A program made the position numbers and the translations under genes. A stretch of 64,000 nt of DNA from positions 23,500,001 to 23,564,000 of the forward strand of contig NC_087251.1 in NCBI RefSeq assembly GCF_037042905.1, written 5' to 3'. Below, piece by piece: positions 1-11,600 of the stretch (position 1 is its first letter; each line of letters starts with the position of its first letter). The DNA is from Lytechinus pictus (taxonomy: Eukaryota). The notes under the pieces were generated by a model. It had not been told where the DNA came from, made no database searches, and saw only the letters and a program-made list of their open reading frames with translations.

Positions 1-1334
1 TCGAAATGCTGAATTGTCTGCTTTTGAGACACCCTGTATATAAGATTGAAGTTTTGTGGCTAAGATTAGTGAGGAGTTGCATCCCTTGAGCGTGTTAATT
101 AAAAACAAACCTAGACGACAACACTGATGAAATCGATGTAACTACACTTAACTCTGACCAATCACAGAGGAACAGGGCACAAAATGCTCTTTGCACTAAA
201 TAAACAATATTGGTACAATTTGTTTCAATAAGTGATATGAGAAAAGGCAACGAGGAAGGGGTGAAAATCTGCCTTTGCCGGTGGGCATTTCTTCCAAATC
301 ATATACTGGAGATGTAATTGGTTAGTGTCAGACCTTAGGCAAAAATTATTGTCAACGGGGAAATTAATCTCTGCAATAATTGTGCTGAAATCGTGAATCA
401 GATGCAGAGGCCGTCATACTCTTGTCTGGAATCAGACATTGAGCGTTTCGTAAAGTTTAGATGATTTTTTTACTCTTTCTATATAATCTCTCTCCCTCTG
501 TCTGTCTGCCTCTGTCTGCCTGTCTCTCTCTCCCCCACGCACACACACACCCTCCCTCATCCTCATCCTCATCCACACAACACATACACACACACACCCA
601 CTCTCTATCTCTTACTCTCTCTCCCCAATACAAATTGATGAAAGAAAAATGTCTTCTACATCGGTTTTGATTTTGCGTACATTTATCCACAATGCCTTTC
701 TTTTTTTTTTTTTTAGTCAATTGAAGACTTACTTGAAAGAATTATTGCCGATCAGTAAATACATTACTTATGAAAATCGGAACACAGAACCTCCCCAAAC
801 CGCCGACCTTGGAAAATATATCATAAGACAGAATTTCAATTTGACTTAAATTCGAGGGTCCAGATCTGGAATAACAAGTTATGTATGAATTGGCCATCTG
901 TATATCGTCATGGCCATGTACGATAAAGATTTCCTTAGAAGGAAAGAGAAGAATTGAAAAACATCATCGGACGTCATTCCTGGCTGGACTGCCTCAGGAA
1001 TTATTCTCATCTTGGTCAGGAGCTTGACCAAGGCGACGGTCAAATTCAGGAAGGCTTTAAACTTTGCCGATGGTCAATTTAGAAAGCTGATTACTCCAGA
1101 CGCTCTGCCTGTTTTAACCCCTCTTTTCAATTTTTGAGAAAATATAAATAACGCGTCTGGAATGGTCATGTTAGATGCATTGCATTTGACACGAAGAATG
1201 TGTCATTGACTTAAGTTCAATTGAAAATATATAGGTGGATATTATTTTGTCTTGATTATTTATGTTATGTTTTTCTAATAGCAAGCATATTGTATAAATT
1301 TTCTGTAATTCTTGGGGTAGAGGAAGTGAAATGG

Positions 1335-1620
1335 GGATGTTAGAAAATTTATCCTTAAAATAAAAGAAGTTCCTGCAGCAGAGTCTCGAGAACACCTGTA
1401 ATCTTACCAGATTGCGTAATCTTACATGAAATTGGTATTTGGTGTATGGAATCTTACAAATTTCCTTGAATAAAACACCCTTTCCCCTTTTTAAACAGAC
1501 CTGTTCTGTTAAATTGCAGAAAAATTCCTGTTTTATGAATTTACAGAATGATTCTGTTATTGCTTTCTGCAAAATCTTCTTTTTTTTCCCCTGTAAAATC
1601 ACGGTTTTTTTTAAACAGTG
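1335..1620 (-). mobile_element. Half-copy of a CACTG-terminus MITE; second half-copy at 24724-25045 (+)
   Basis: Both share GATTACAGGTGTTCTCGAGACTCTGCTGCAGGA and a CACTGTT(T/A)AAAAA terminus, in opposite orientations. Confidence 0.7.
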
Positions 1621-3670
1621 TAGGATGTAAGAGAGGTAGATGTTCAAAGACTCATAATCTGAAATTACAAACGAGAATATTATTCTTGGTAGTAGCTGCC
1701 CAAATTAAGACCAATGAAAACAATGAGAAGATAGAAAAGACAGAACACTGCTTGAGGATAAGCACTTAAAATGCATAAATTCAAAACCTCCAACTCCATT
1801 TAAACACATATAGGGCAGCTAGGGAGTGATTACCCGATCCCATTCTAATATTCATAATGCCTCTCACATGCTTTAACTAGCAATATGGACGTTAAGTCAT
1901 TGCCATTCCAGAGGGGGCACGAATCTTCCTCTCCTTGATTGAGTTATCGAGTTTTGGTGGTACACACGAGACACAACCAACCAACTTCATTGCCCATATT
2001 CATAATTAGTTTAAATCAGTTCTTCTATTCTAATATGTATCGGATGACAAAAAGGTCCTCGCCTGCGTCTTTTCTTTATACCTTAATCTCTCTCGCATAA
2101 TTTCATAGTAGACATACAGCAGCAAGGAGCATACTCCAAGAACCAACTCCCCTCATCCCTTTACTCTCTCTCTCCCTCTTTCTCTCTTATTCCCTCTTCT
2201 TTTTTTACCTCTTCTTCTACCTCTACCCCTCCCTCTTTAGGAATTAAATGACATGAGTGGTCATCGTTGGTCATCGAGAACTCGACCCTTTGCATCTTTA
2301 AGTAGCATACCTAGGGGCAAAGAGCGCATGATAAGAAACCGTGTTATGAGAGATTTGGTAAAAAGCCCAAACAGCCCCCAGGGGGTACACACACCACGTG
2401 CTGCCCCCTTTCTCGCCGTGGCGGAGTAAAGACACCATTATACCGGGCAATAGGTTTACGTCCACTTCCTTTAAAATGGAATTCAAGTGATGTAAATCAT
2501 TATCTTATGAAGACAGCTGGTAGGTCTTACATTATTTAAATACCGTATATACCTGTATGTATATCGAAACAAAAAGTATATAGCCCAAGATTGAACTTAA
2601 CTGAGGTGAATATCATAAAGCTGTCATTACTGCGTCTTTCATGTACAAAATGCCTTCATAAACTTGACACCTAACCGAGTTCCGAGAATCTGCCTCCTTG
2701 GCTTGCTTCGAGCTTGGTCGAACCCTGGAGCAGACTGGAGGCAGTACAGTTGAAATGCGTGTAAATCAAGCAGTGCTCCCAAGGTTCTGGCCGCAGACCG
2801 CAAGAGATTGGGTCAAGCGCTAAGAACAACGACGGGGTCAATGCCATCTAAAGTTGACCATTATCAGCGGTCATCGAGCCCTGGATGGTCACCCAGTCCG
2901 CAATCTTACTAAGGTAAACATACAGATTAACTTCATCGAACTCAATAAAGAAATTATGATTATTAAGGGGCCTGTTCTTGGCAGGATTTGACGGGTGATG
3001 ATTGGGGTTGAGTATCGCGACAGTGATTGAATCGTATATAATATATGCTGATGCAATGGGACATGGAGTGCGTTTATGCGCCCCTTTTTACCATAGAATC
3101 ATGATTTGAATCATGATTCAAAAGACGATTCAATCTGCAGAATTAATCATGTTTCAAATCACAAACATGAAGAACGGAAAGGGGGCGTTTGAAAAGACGA
3201 TTCCGCAGAGGCACGTTTGAAAAATATTTCCCTTTCAACTCGGCAGTGATAAAACTTCTTACGCGATAAAATAATAAAAGTTTCCCGAATAATTATGAAT
3301 TAAACATCCTTCCCTCAAAGTACTTCATAGATTTCAGGCATATTTAGAGCCAGAAGTTGGCATTTTATATTCCATTTTGTGTCAACTGCCAGTTCGACAT
3401 ATAATTATTTAATACTTCATGATTTATTAACGTTACATCGCGAAATTACTTCTAATTAGTTTGGTTTTTTGTCCGCAATTTGCACAATCCATTCATAAAA
3501 CGCTTAATCATTAACTTGCTTTGATAAAAATATGATTCATTCTATCCCAGTTTTTTAATGGAGACATTATTTGTCTAACAAGTGAAAATCCATGCAAAAT
3601 GTAATACAATTATTGTTCTTATTATTATCATTATTAATATACCTATCATTATCGTCGTCGTCATTTTATC

Positions 3671-4030
3671 ATTCAATTCAATTCATTTATTCTTTTCCAT
3701 TAAAAAAACATCAAAATATGTGCTGTTGAAATACACATGTATATACAAAAAATAGATCAAATACATAAGCATAGCAAATTATTATTGTAAGTGAGAGAAA
3801 TAAATGGAAAATGGAACACATGTAGAAAGTTTTTTTTAAAGCTTGTAAATAGAAGGAGTAAAAAAGTTAACAATACAAAATATAATAATGATAATAATAA
3901 TATTAGATGGCGCATGTATTTGAATTCAACGTCTTGCCCCCCTGTCCCCACCCCCTACCCCATCTCTCTCAGGTAGAATTCAAAATCAATATAGGCTAAA
4001 ATTTAAATTGAAATGAAATTAATATCTTAA
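3671..4030 (-). mobile_element. Probable minus-strand LINE 3' tail
   Basis: ATTCAATTCAATTCATTTATT is the reverse complement of the AATAAA(TGAAT)n tail at ~8690; extent uncertain. Confidence 0.45.
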
Positions 4031-4259
4031 CAAATAAACTTTAAGATTTTTTATTTTTTTTCTTATAATTATACATCACTAAACTTATGATGACTGTTGT
4101 TGTTGTTGTTAACGCGCTAATGAGGCACGATTCCGTTGCGACGACAAATAAACACATATCTTTTCTTACCATTGGTTGTCAACAAGACATATTTATAGGT
4201 CTGCTGTTCTTCAATCAAATCATAAGTATTGTTATAATCATGCCTGCGCTAAAATCTTG

Positions 4260-5197
4260 TTTAACGTTTAGTTCCGCGACGTACAGATGCTGTGATGTGC
4301 ACCTGGGCCACGAACCAAAGCGTTGAAATGCACCGTTGCAACGATGTATTCCTCGAACGGTATGGAGAGATGGCCGAATTTCGACAACGCTCGTCACCGC
4401 TTACAAAATGGGAAGAAAAATCGACAACACGGGCGTTGCCTCAGCGGTGCACCGCTGAAGCCGGCGTTGCTTTACCGTTGGTTTATCGGTAGCGAGCGTT
4501 GATAGAGCGGTATTCTGCCCTTGCGGGCGTTGGCTTGGCGGGGGTTTAAAGTTGGTTTAGCGGCACACCGCTTTTGACTACTAAGCTGAATGGATCGCTG
4601 TTATAGAAGTTCTGATAGATTCTAAATGGGCTCCTGGTCCATTTCTCCCCGTATTCATAGCCAAATTCTGGTCCCGATCCGACACATCTATACCGATGCC
4701 AAGCCAAAGTTCATCACTGCAATGGATCACTGCTTCAACGCCCGACGTCGTTCCAGCAATCCCGTGTCCGCTCGTAAAACGCTTACAACCGCCCCACCAA
4801 AGTTTGTGCAACGTTTAATCACCGCCCTGGCAAAGCTGCCGAAGCAGCGATGCACGGTCCAGCGTTCAAGATTTCTGCGTTGGCCTAGCGGACCCAAGCG
4901 TCCACGAACTTGCGTCTAGCGGAGCCAAACTTTGACTGGGCGTTGTTGGAGCGGTGGTGAACTTTGCCAGAGCGCAAAATTTCCCGCTCCTCACCGCTCG
5001 CAATATTTTGTGCAGCTCAAAACTTTCGGAGCGGTAGGCGAGGGACCGTCAGCGGTGTATTCGGCGTTGCCTTTAACGGGGGCCAACTACTGTTAAACGG
5101 TGCTGAACGGTAACGAGCGGTGATGATTTTTTTTTCACCGCTCCAGGAACGCTCCAGGGACGCTCCAGCAAAGTTCTCGCGGTGTGACCGGGCCTTA
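4260..5197. mobile_element. GC-rich, one-ended Harbinger-like non-autonomous element
   Basis: Ends GGTGTGACCGGGCCTTA, the same terminus class as 13601. Shares TTTTGTGCARCTCAAAACTTT with ~14245. Left TIR not found. Confidence 0.6.
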
Positions 5198-5253
5198 TTT
5201 ATCGGTTGGTGTATTACCACTTGATCGAATTCTCAGTGCGTTCAACTTCAAAA

Positions 5254-6370
5254 GGTCTAACTCCATTTCGTCTACAACCATTTCGTCTATTAGCCATATA
5301 ATTCCCACTTGGTCGAATATCCAATCCATCTAATGACCAGTTGGGCTAAAACCATTTAGTGTAATTCCCAATTGGTCTAACACCACTTGGTCTAATTTGT
5401 ACTTCGGTTAATTTCCACTTCAGCTGAATTTCACTTTGTCTAATTTCCAGATAGTCTAACAATCACTTCGTCTGCATGCCAGTTGGTCTAACAGCAATTT
5501 GGGCTCACCCAATTTGGCTAATATCATATGGTCTACCTATCCACAATAGTCTAATTTTTGTTTAGTCTATTTGTCACTTTGTCTAATAACCAGTTAGGCT
5601 ACTTATTATTTAGTCTAATTGTATTATGGTCTAATGGTCTTTTGATCTAAATCACACTTGGTCTATTGTTCATTTCGTCTTTGATCTGAAATTAAGATTA
5701 TGGTCATGAATAATTTAATACACCATGCATCAATTAATGCCTGCCGCCATCAAGGCTATGGCTGGTGGTGGGCACAAAACCTCTAAACCGTCATCATTAT
5801 CATCATCACCACATGCACAATTCGAAGTATAGTGTTAAGGATAAGTTGGGGACCTTTTAATGGCCGAATGACGAGATTCATTAGCATAACATTATTGTGA
5901 AGAAAATAACGAAATTTTCGTAATGGATTGAGTGGATACGCATCTGGTAAACGTGTTTAAGCATTTCTATAATTATTATAATGCACCATTACGGACGATA
6001 CTGGACGGGAGGTAGGTACATAAAACATAGTTAGGAATTCAGTTTTGAGGGTTTCTAAAAGTTACCAAGCCGTTAGATCATGATTGTAAAATGTGGGTGT
6101 GAAGGCATAATGGGAATAGCCCAACAGGTCATTAGTTCAAGTGGAAATTAGAATAAATGATGCTTAGACAAAGTGATATTTGGACCAAATGCAATTAGAC
6201 CGAGTGCAAAATGGCAATTAATCGAAATGATAATTATACCAAGTGACAACTAGTCCAAGTGATCATTAGACCAAGTGGCATGTAGACCGAATGAGAAGTG
6301 GACTAAGTGGGTTTAACCCCAATGTTTTTAGCCCATCTGAAGATTAGTCCAAGTGGTTTTAGACCAAGAG
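5254..6370. mobile_element. GGTCTA/TAGACC minisatellite-armed foldback MITE
   Basis: (G/C)GTCTA every ~16-18 bp over 5254-5685 and TAGAC(C/G) over ~6100-6370. Same family at 6738-7098, 11722-12082, 55841-56173 and 56275-56536. Confidence 0.65.
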
Positions 6371-7147
6371 CCGGACTAAGAGTCCGTAAACCCATGGACC
6401 TATTATGGTAAACCGAATCAATTTCTGTAGTATCAGCGTTCCCGCCCCAACTCTGACATAAGGTTGGTTCCAACTTGTAAATTTATAAGCATCCCGCAAA
6501 TCTAATGTAGGCACATGCACACAAGCACGCACACACACTTACCCAATACCCTCGCACCTTATGGTGGCCCTGAAGGGACATCGCAAATAGACCAAATCGC
6601 GAATATTCACGACGAAATTGGCGACGAAATTCACGACATCGTGAATTTCGTCGCCAATTATTCACGACGAAATTTGACGTCGTGAATTTCGTCGCCAATT
6701 TCGTCGTGAATTTGTTTTGCTTGCCTGGGCGGTATGCGGGTTGAAACCAATTCGTCTGCTGCCAATTCCTCCACTCACAACAGGGTCTACATTCATTTAG
6801 TCTAATGCAATTCTGTCCATTAACTTTTCGCCTAACAACCATATGGTCCAATAACCATTTGGTCCAGTCATCACTTCGTCTATGACCATTTCGTCTCATA
6901 ACTAGTTGGTCTAATATCAATTTTATTTCCTTAATTTCGCCCAATTAACACTTAGTTCAATTAGACCAAATGGCATATGGAATAAATGGCAATTGGACCA
7001 ACTTGGTTATTAGACGAAATGGCAGTTAGACCATGTGGATACTGGACGAACTGATGGTAGACCAAATGATAGCAGACGAGTTGGCATTAGACCAATTGAA
7101 AATAAACAATTGAAACTACAGAACGATGTCCACTGCTATCCATATGC

Positions 7148-9526
7148 ATAGGCGGATCCAGTGGGGAGGGGGGCCGAGGGGCCCGCCCCCCCCCCTATTG
7201 GCGGAGCAAAAAAAAGGAAAAAAGAAAAGAAAGAAAAAAACATTAAAAAAAGAGGGAAAAGAGAGTAGAAAAAAAGAAGAGGAGGAGACGAGTGAATAAA
7301 GTAAGATGAGGGGAAGACATGGAAATAAAAAGAATCTTTCATGTCACTATATAAAATTTTCGCTCGCGCTTCGCGCTTAAATTGCATGTTAGGTGATTTT
7401 CATATCTTGTTCAATATGGAGTTTAAATATCAAGTTTGGAAGTCAATATACAAAACATATTTCATCTCGAAATTCAAACTTTCATTATTTTGCGTGATTT
7501 ACAAATTGATTTTTAAAAAGTGCTCTGTAAATATGACAGTTTTATGGTCTGAATATTAACATTTTCCGCTCCCGCTGCGCGCTCGCAAATTTCGATTTAT
7601 CAGGTACCTATTATTTTTGTGTATTCCATAAAGTTTTCAAAATATCCCTTTTCAGGTCTGATTGTCAAAACGTATCAGCTAGCGCTGCACGCTCGCTTTT
7701 TGATTGTATGTCTCAATATTGATTATACAATCCCCTTTTCATGACAATGTATTCAAAGATTTAGGCTCGCATTAATTGTTAAAAATATATTAACTGATGC
7801 ATCCTATTTTTAATTACAAAAGTGCTTGAAATGTCCAGTTTTCAGGCCATAATATCATCAAACTTCGCGCCCTCATTAGGCATTAATGAATAAGATATTA
7901 ATTTAATAATTGAATTGTCCCTTTTGTTTCATCTCGCGCTTAGCAAGAGGAATAGGAAGAAAGTCATCATTTTCATATGATGACATGTCCTACATGTCCT
8001 AAGGATGTACCGGTCCTATTACAAAAATCAAAGTAATTATAATGAAAAAATCAGCTCTGTGCGATCCATATCCACCTTACAATTTTCTTACAAAGTGCTT
8101 GAAATATAGAGCTGAAATTGACTCTTTTTTTCAGATCGGAATATCAAATAATTTAAGCTCGCGCTCCGCGCTCGCTTTGATTTTCATGATAAAAGATGTA
8201 TTTAGAATGCCTAAATTCTATGTCTAAATATGAAACACGCGCGTGCATGTTTATATTGTTTATACGCTTTCTAAATCTACAATTCGTTATAAAGGACCAA
8301 ACTTGTGGAATAATTTACCCGATACTTTAAAATTATCTGTTACATTCTCATCATTGAAACGTAGATTGAAACAAAACCAACTGTCTACTTATAGTTAATA
8401 ATTCCAACTGCCTATCTGAGGGGGGGGGTTGTTTTCGATGTGTTCGTGTCTGTTTTGTTTGTTTGTTTTTTGGCCACTATTCTATTTGTGTTTTTAATCG
8501 TACCATAATGTAGTAATCAAGGGAGTCGGCTTTGACAGGTCAATGGCCTTTCTGACTTCCTACATCCGCTACATTTTATTTTCATTTCTTTTATATTTTG
8601 ACAATTTTGTATCGCTTATACTGTGATTTAAATTATTGTACTCCTTTTTTTGTTGTATACTTGTACATATGTTTTTAAAGGATGTCAAATAAATGAATTG
8701 AATTGAATTGAATATATTCAACTTGTTCTCTATTTAAATCATTATCCAGTTTCAGATCACAATATAAACAATTTTCTGCTCGCGCTTTGTGCTCGCATCA
8801 TTAATGTAGGAATTACTCATTCTTTTCAAAATTTACAAAACATGAATAGAGTGTCCCCTATTTAGGTCTAAATCTCGATTTTTTCCGCTCGCGCTTCGCG
8901 CTCGCATCAATTGTTTAATTATATAGCTATCCTGTTCACGATTACAAAAATTAATAATAATTTTCCATTCTTTATGTAGAAATGTCAAAATTTTTCAGCT
9001 CGCGCTTCGCGCTGGCATCAATTGTTTATTATATACCTATTCTGTTTAAGTTACAAAAAGTCCATAGAATTTCCATTCTTTAGGTAAAAATGTCAAAAAA
9101 ATTCAGCTCGCGCATCGCGCTCGCATTATTTGGTTTTTAAAATATATAACGTCTTCATGACTAACTGCATGCAGTTTTTAACAGGTACTTTTTCCACCAG
9201 TTCATTTCTGCTCGCGCTTCGCGTTCGTAGTAATTATTTATTTGCATACACATCTTTTTTACGAAAACAAACATTGCCCAGAATGTTCAAATTTTAGGAA
9301 AAAATACATAAGATTTCCAAAAAAAAATTAGCTCGCGCTTCGCGCTCATATTATATAAATAAGGATTATGATATATGTTTATGTTGATTTATAAGAATAA
9401 AGCTAAGAAGACTACCCCTTCACAGAAACCAAAAATCATCTTCGAGCGGCCGATCGGGGAAAATATGGCTGAAAAATAATTCCGGCCCCCCCCCCCCCCT
9501 ATTGGCGAAGGCTGGATCCGCCCCTG
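7148..9526. mobile_element. hAT-like MITE with an internal degenerate ~110-bp tandem repeat
   Basis: TIRs CATAGGCGGATCCAG / CTGGATCCGCCCCTG; subterminal CCCCCCTATTGGCG at both ends; recurrent GCTCGCGCTTCGCGCTCGC motif. No TSD retained. Confidence 0.7.
8263..8713 (+). mobile_element. Short 3' fragment of a CR1/L2-group LINE nested in the MITE
   Basis: Translates TLSKSTIRYKGPNLWNNLPDTLKLSVTFSSLKRRLKQNQLSTYS* (typical ORF2 C-terminus), followed by a UTR hairpin near 8520-8560 and AATAAA(TGAAT)n. Confidence 0.8.
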
Positions 9527-9689
9527 GAACACCTAACAGGCAATGCAAGCGAAAATTTTATATAGTGACATGAAAGATTCTTTTTATTTCCATATCTTCC
9601 CCTCATCTTATTTTTTTCACTCGTCTTCCTCCTCTTCTTTTTTTTCTCCTCTCTTTTCCCTCCTTTTTTTTATTTCTTTCTTCCCTTTT

Positions 9690-10751
9690 AACAAACTTAA
9701 CAAATTACATCATTATGGAGTGCGTGGGAAGGCCTTGGAGTGGTTCAGGAGCTACCTCTTGAATAGGAAGCAATATGTCTTTTTAAACGGTTGCAATTCT
9801 CAAATGAAAAAAATTAATTGTGGAGTTCCCCAGGGTAGTATTTTAGGCCCGATTTTGTTTATAGTTTATATTAATGATTTTTGTAGATCATCAGATATTC
9901 TTTCTTTCATTCTCTTTGCGGACGACTCTAACTTATTTTTTTCACATAAAAATCCTCTTCACCTTGCTAATATAATCAACTCTGAACTAGAAAATGTCAC
10001 CGAATGGATAAGAGCAAATAAATTGTTACTAAATCTTCAAAAAACAAAATATATGTTGTTTAGCAACTCTATAAATACACTTCCTGTTGATATTATTTTA
10101 GATGGAACTCCCTTGGAAAATGTATCCCATATTAAGTTTATTGGAATAACAGTCGATAATAAGCTCTCATGGAAATTTCACATAGATAACATATGTAAAA
10201 CTATTTCACGCAACATTGGTATAATTAACAAGCTTAAATTTTGTTTACCATTATCGTCCCTGCTTACACTATATTCATCCCTTATATTGCCTTATTTAAA
10301 TTATGGAATTTTAGCGTGGGGTAATACACAACAAACACTCTTAGACAAATTACTCCTATTACAAAAGAAGTCTCTACGTATTATATGTCACACGACATAT
10401 TTGTCTCATACTGACCCATTATTTTTTTAACATAAAATATTGAAAATTAAAGACTTATATTTGTTTAATCTCGGTCAGTTTATGTATAACTATAACAACA
10501 ACAACCTCCCAAATGTATTTAATTCAATGTTTCCAAAAAATCAATCCATTCACAACTATCCAACAAGGCGATTGGGTGAATTTCATTTACCACTTTTAAG
10601 AACTTTGCGGGCTCAGAACACATTTATATATGATGGACTGAAGTTATGGAACTCACTTCATAATGATATAACAAATGCAAAATCTTTGAACTCTTTTAAG
10701 ACTAAATTCAAATTATCTCTATTAAAACCTTATAATATACTCCCAAAATAA
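9690..10751 (+). pseudogene. LINE ORF2 reverse transcriptase C-terminal half
   Basis: Motifs YGVRGKALEWFRSYL, GVPQGSILGPILF, YIND, FADD, LNLQKTK, YLNYGILAWG and KLWNSL. ORFs 9543-10430 and 10440-10751 are in the same frame, separated by a single TAA at 10428-10430. Confidence 0.93.
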
Positions 10752-11600
10752 GTTTAATTCATCATCTCTGTCAAGTCATCATTATTACTTTAAAGACTAC
10801 AATTAAAACATAAAATAATTATTATCCTTTTTTATTAAAAAAATAAAAATCTGACACAAGTCCTTCTCAGATGTGCTCATTATTGAACCTCATACATTAT
10901 TGTGTCTATCCTCTCTATTTTCTCCTCTCCTGTCCGCTTATCCGCCTTCCTACCGGTTATTTGTTCACGGCATCAATCCCATTCTTCGTGCATTATATTC
11001 TTTCCAGGTTATTTTATATATATTTTTTTCCTTTTATACACATCATTGAATCCAGTTTGCTTGAGTCCACGACGGCATGTGTTCTATCTACGTACAGCAG
11101 CACCCATCCATCTTCTCAGGGCATTCTCCCCTTTTTTCTTCTCTTTTTCTGGGGGGGGGGTGGGGTGGGGAAGGGTGGATATTTTTAGGACGGGTTGTTT
11201 TGTCCTTTATCAAACTATATATTTTTGATAACTTTGTATTTATTTTGTGAGCATTTCCCTCTCATGTATTTATTTTTTTCTCATTTGATTATCTGTATTT
11301 ATACTTTGTTATTTTGTTATTTGTTGTGTTATCTATTTTTTGAGGGGCCCACATTGTACAAGCATTGCTTTTTAGTGGGTCCCCCCATTTCCATCTTAAT
11401 TTAATTTCTATTGAAAAATAGTATACATATTTAAAAACTACAATGTGTTGCCCAAATTGTCTAAGTGTTTTTTCACAACATATGTATCATTAATTTTTTT
11501 TGCAACGGATACAAATATTTATGTTTATATATGGTATACAATTTGTTTTTGTTTGATGGAAGTGAAATAAATAAATTTGAATTGAATTTGAATTTGAATT
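9690..11600 (+). mobile_element. 5'-truncated CR1/L2-group LINE (Crack/Daphne-like) inserted in the right arm of the foldback
   Basis: RT-encoding frame, 3' UTR with a stem-loop at 11344-11384, AATAAA and a (TTGAAT)n tail. The flanks rejoin into sequence that is contiguous in the left arm. Confidence 0.9.

Noticed and set aside
4260..5200. GC-rich block as coding exon or CpG-island promoter
   Set aside because: It ends in a transposon terminus shared with 13601 and has no coherent ORF.
9543..9689. N-terminal 49 aa of the 295-aa RT ORF as a fusion protein
   Set aside because: Derived from MITE low-complexity sequence by chance in-frame insertion; the RT is 5'-truncated and has a premature stop.
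9690..11600. RT next to structured repeats as a retron/DGR-like system
   Set aside because: The motifs, 3' UTR, polyadenylation signal and microsatellite tail identify an ordinary non-LTR retrotransposon.
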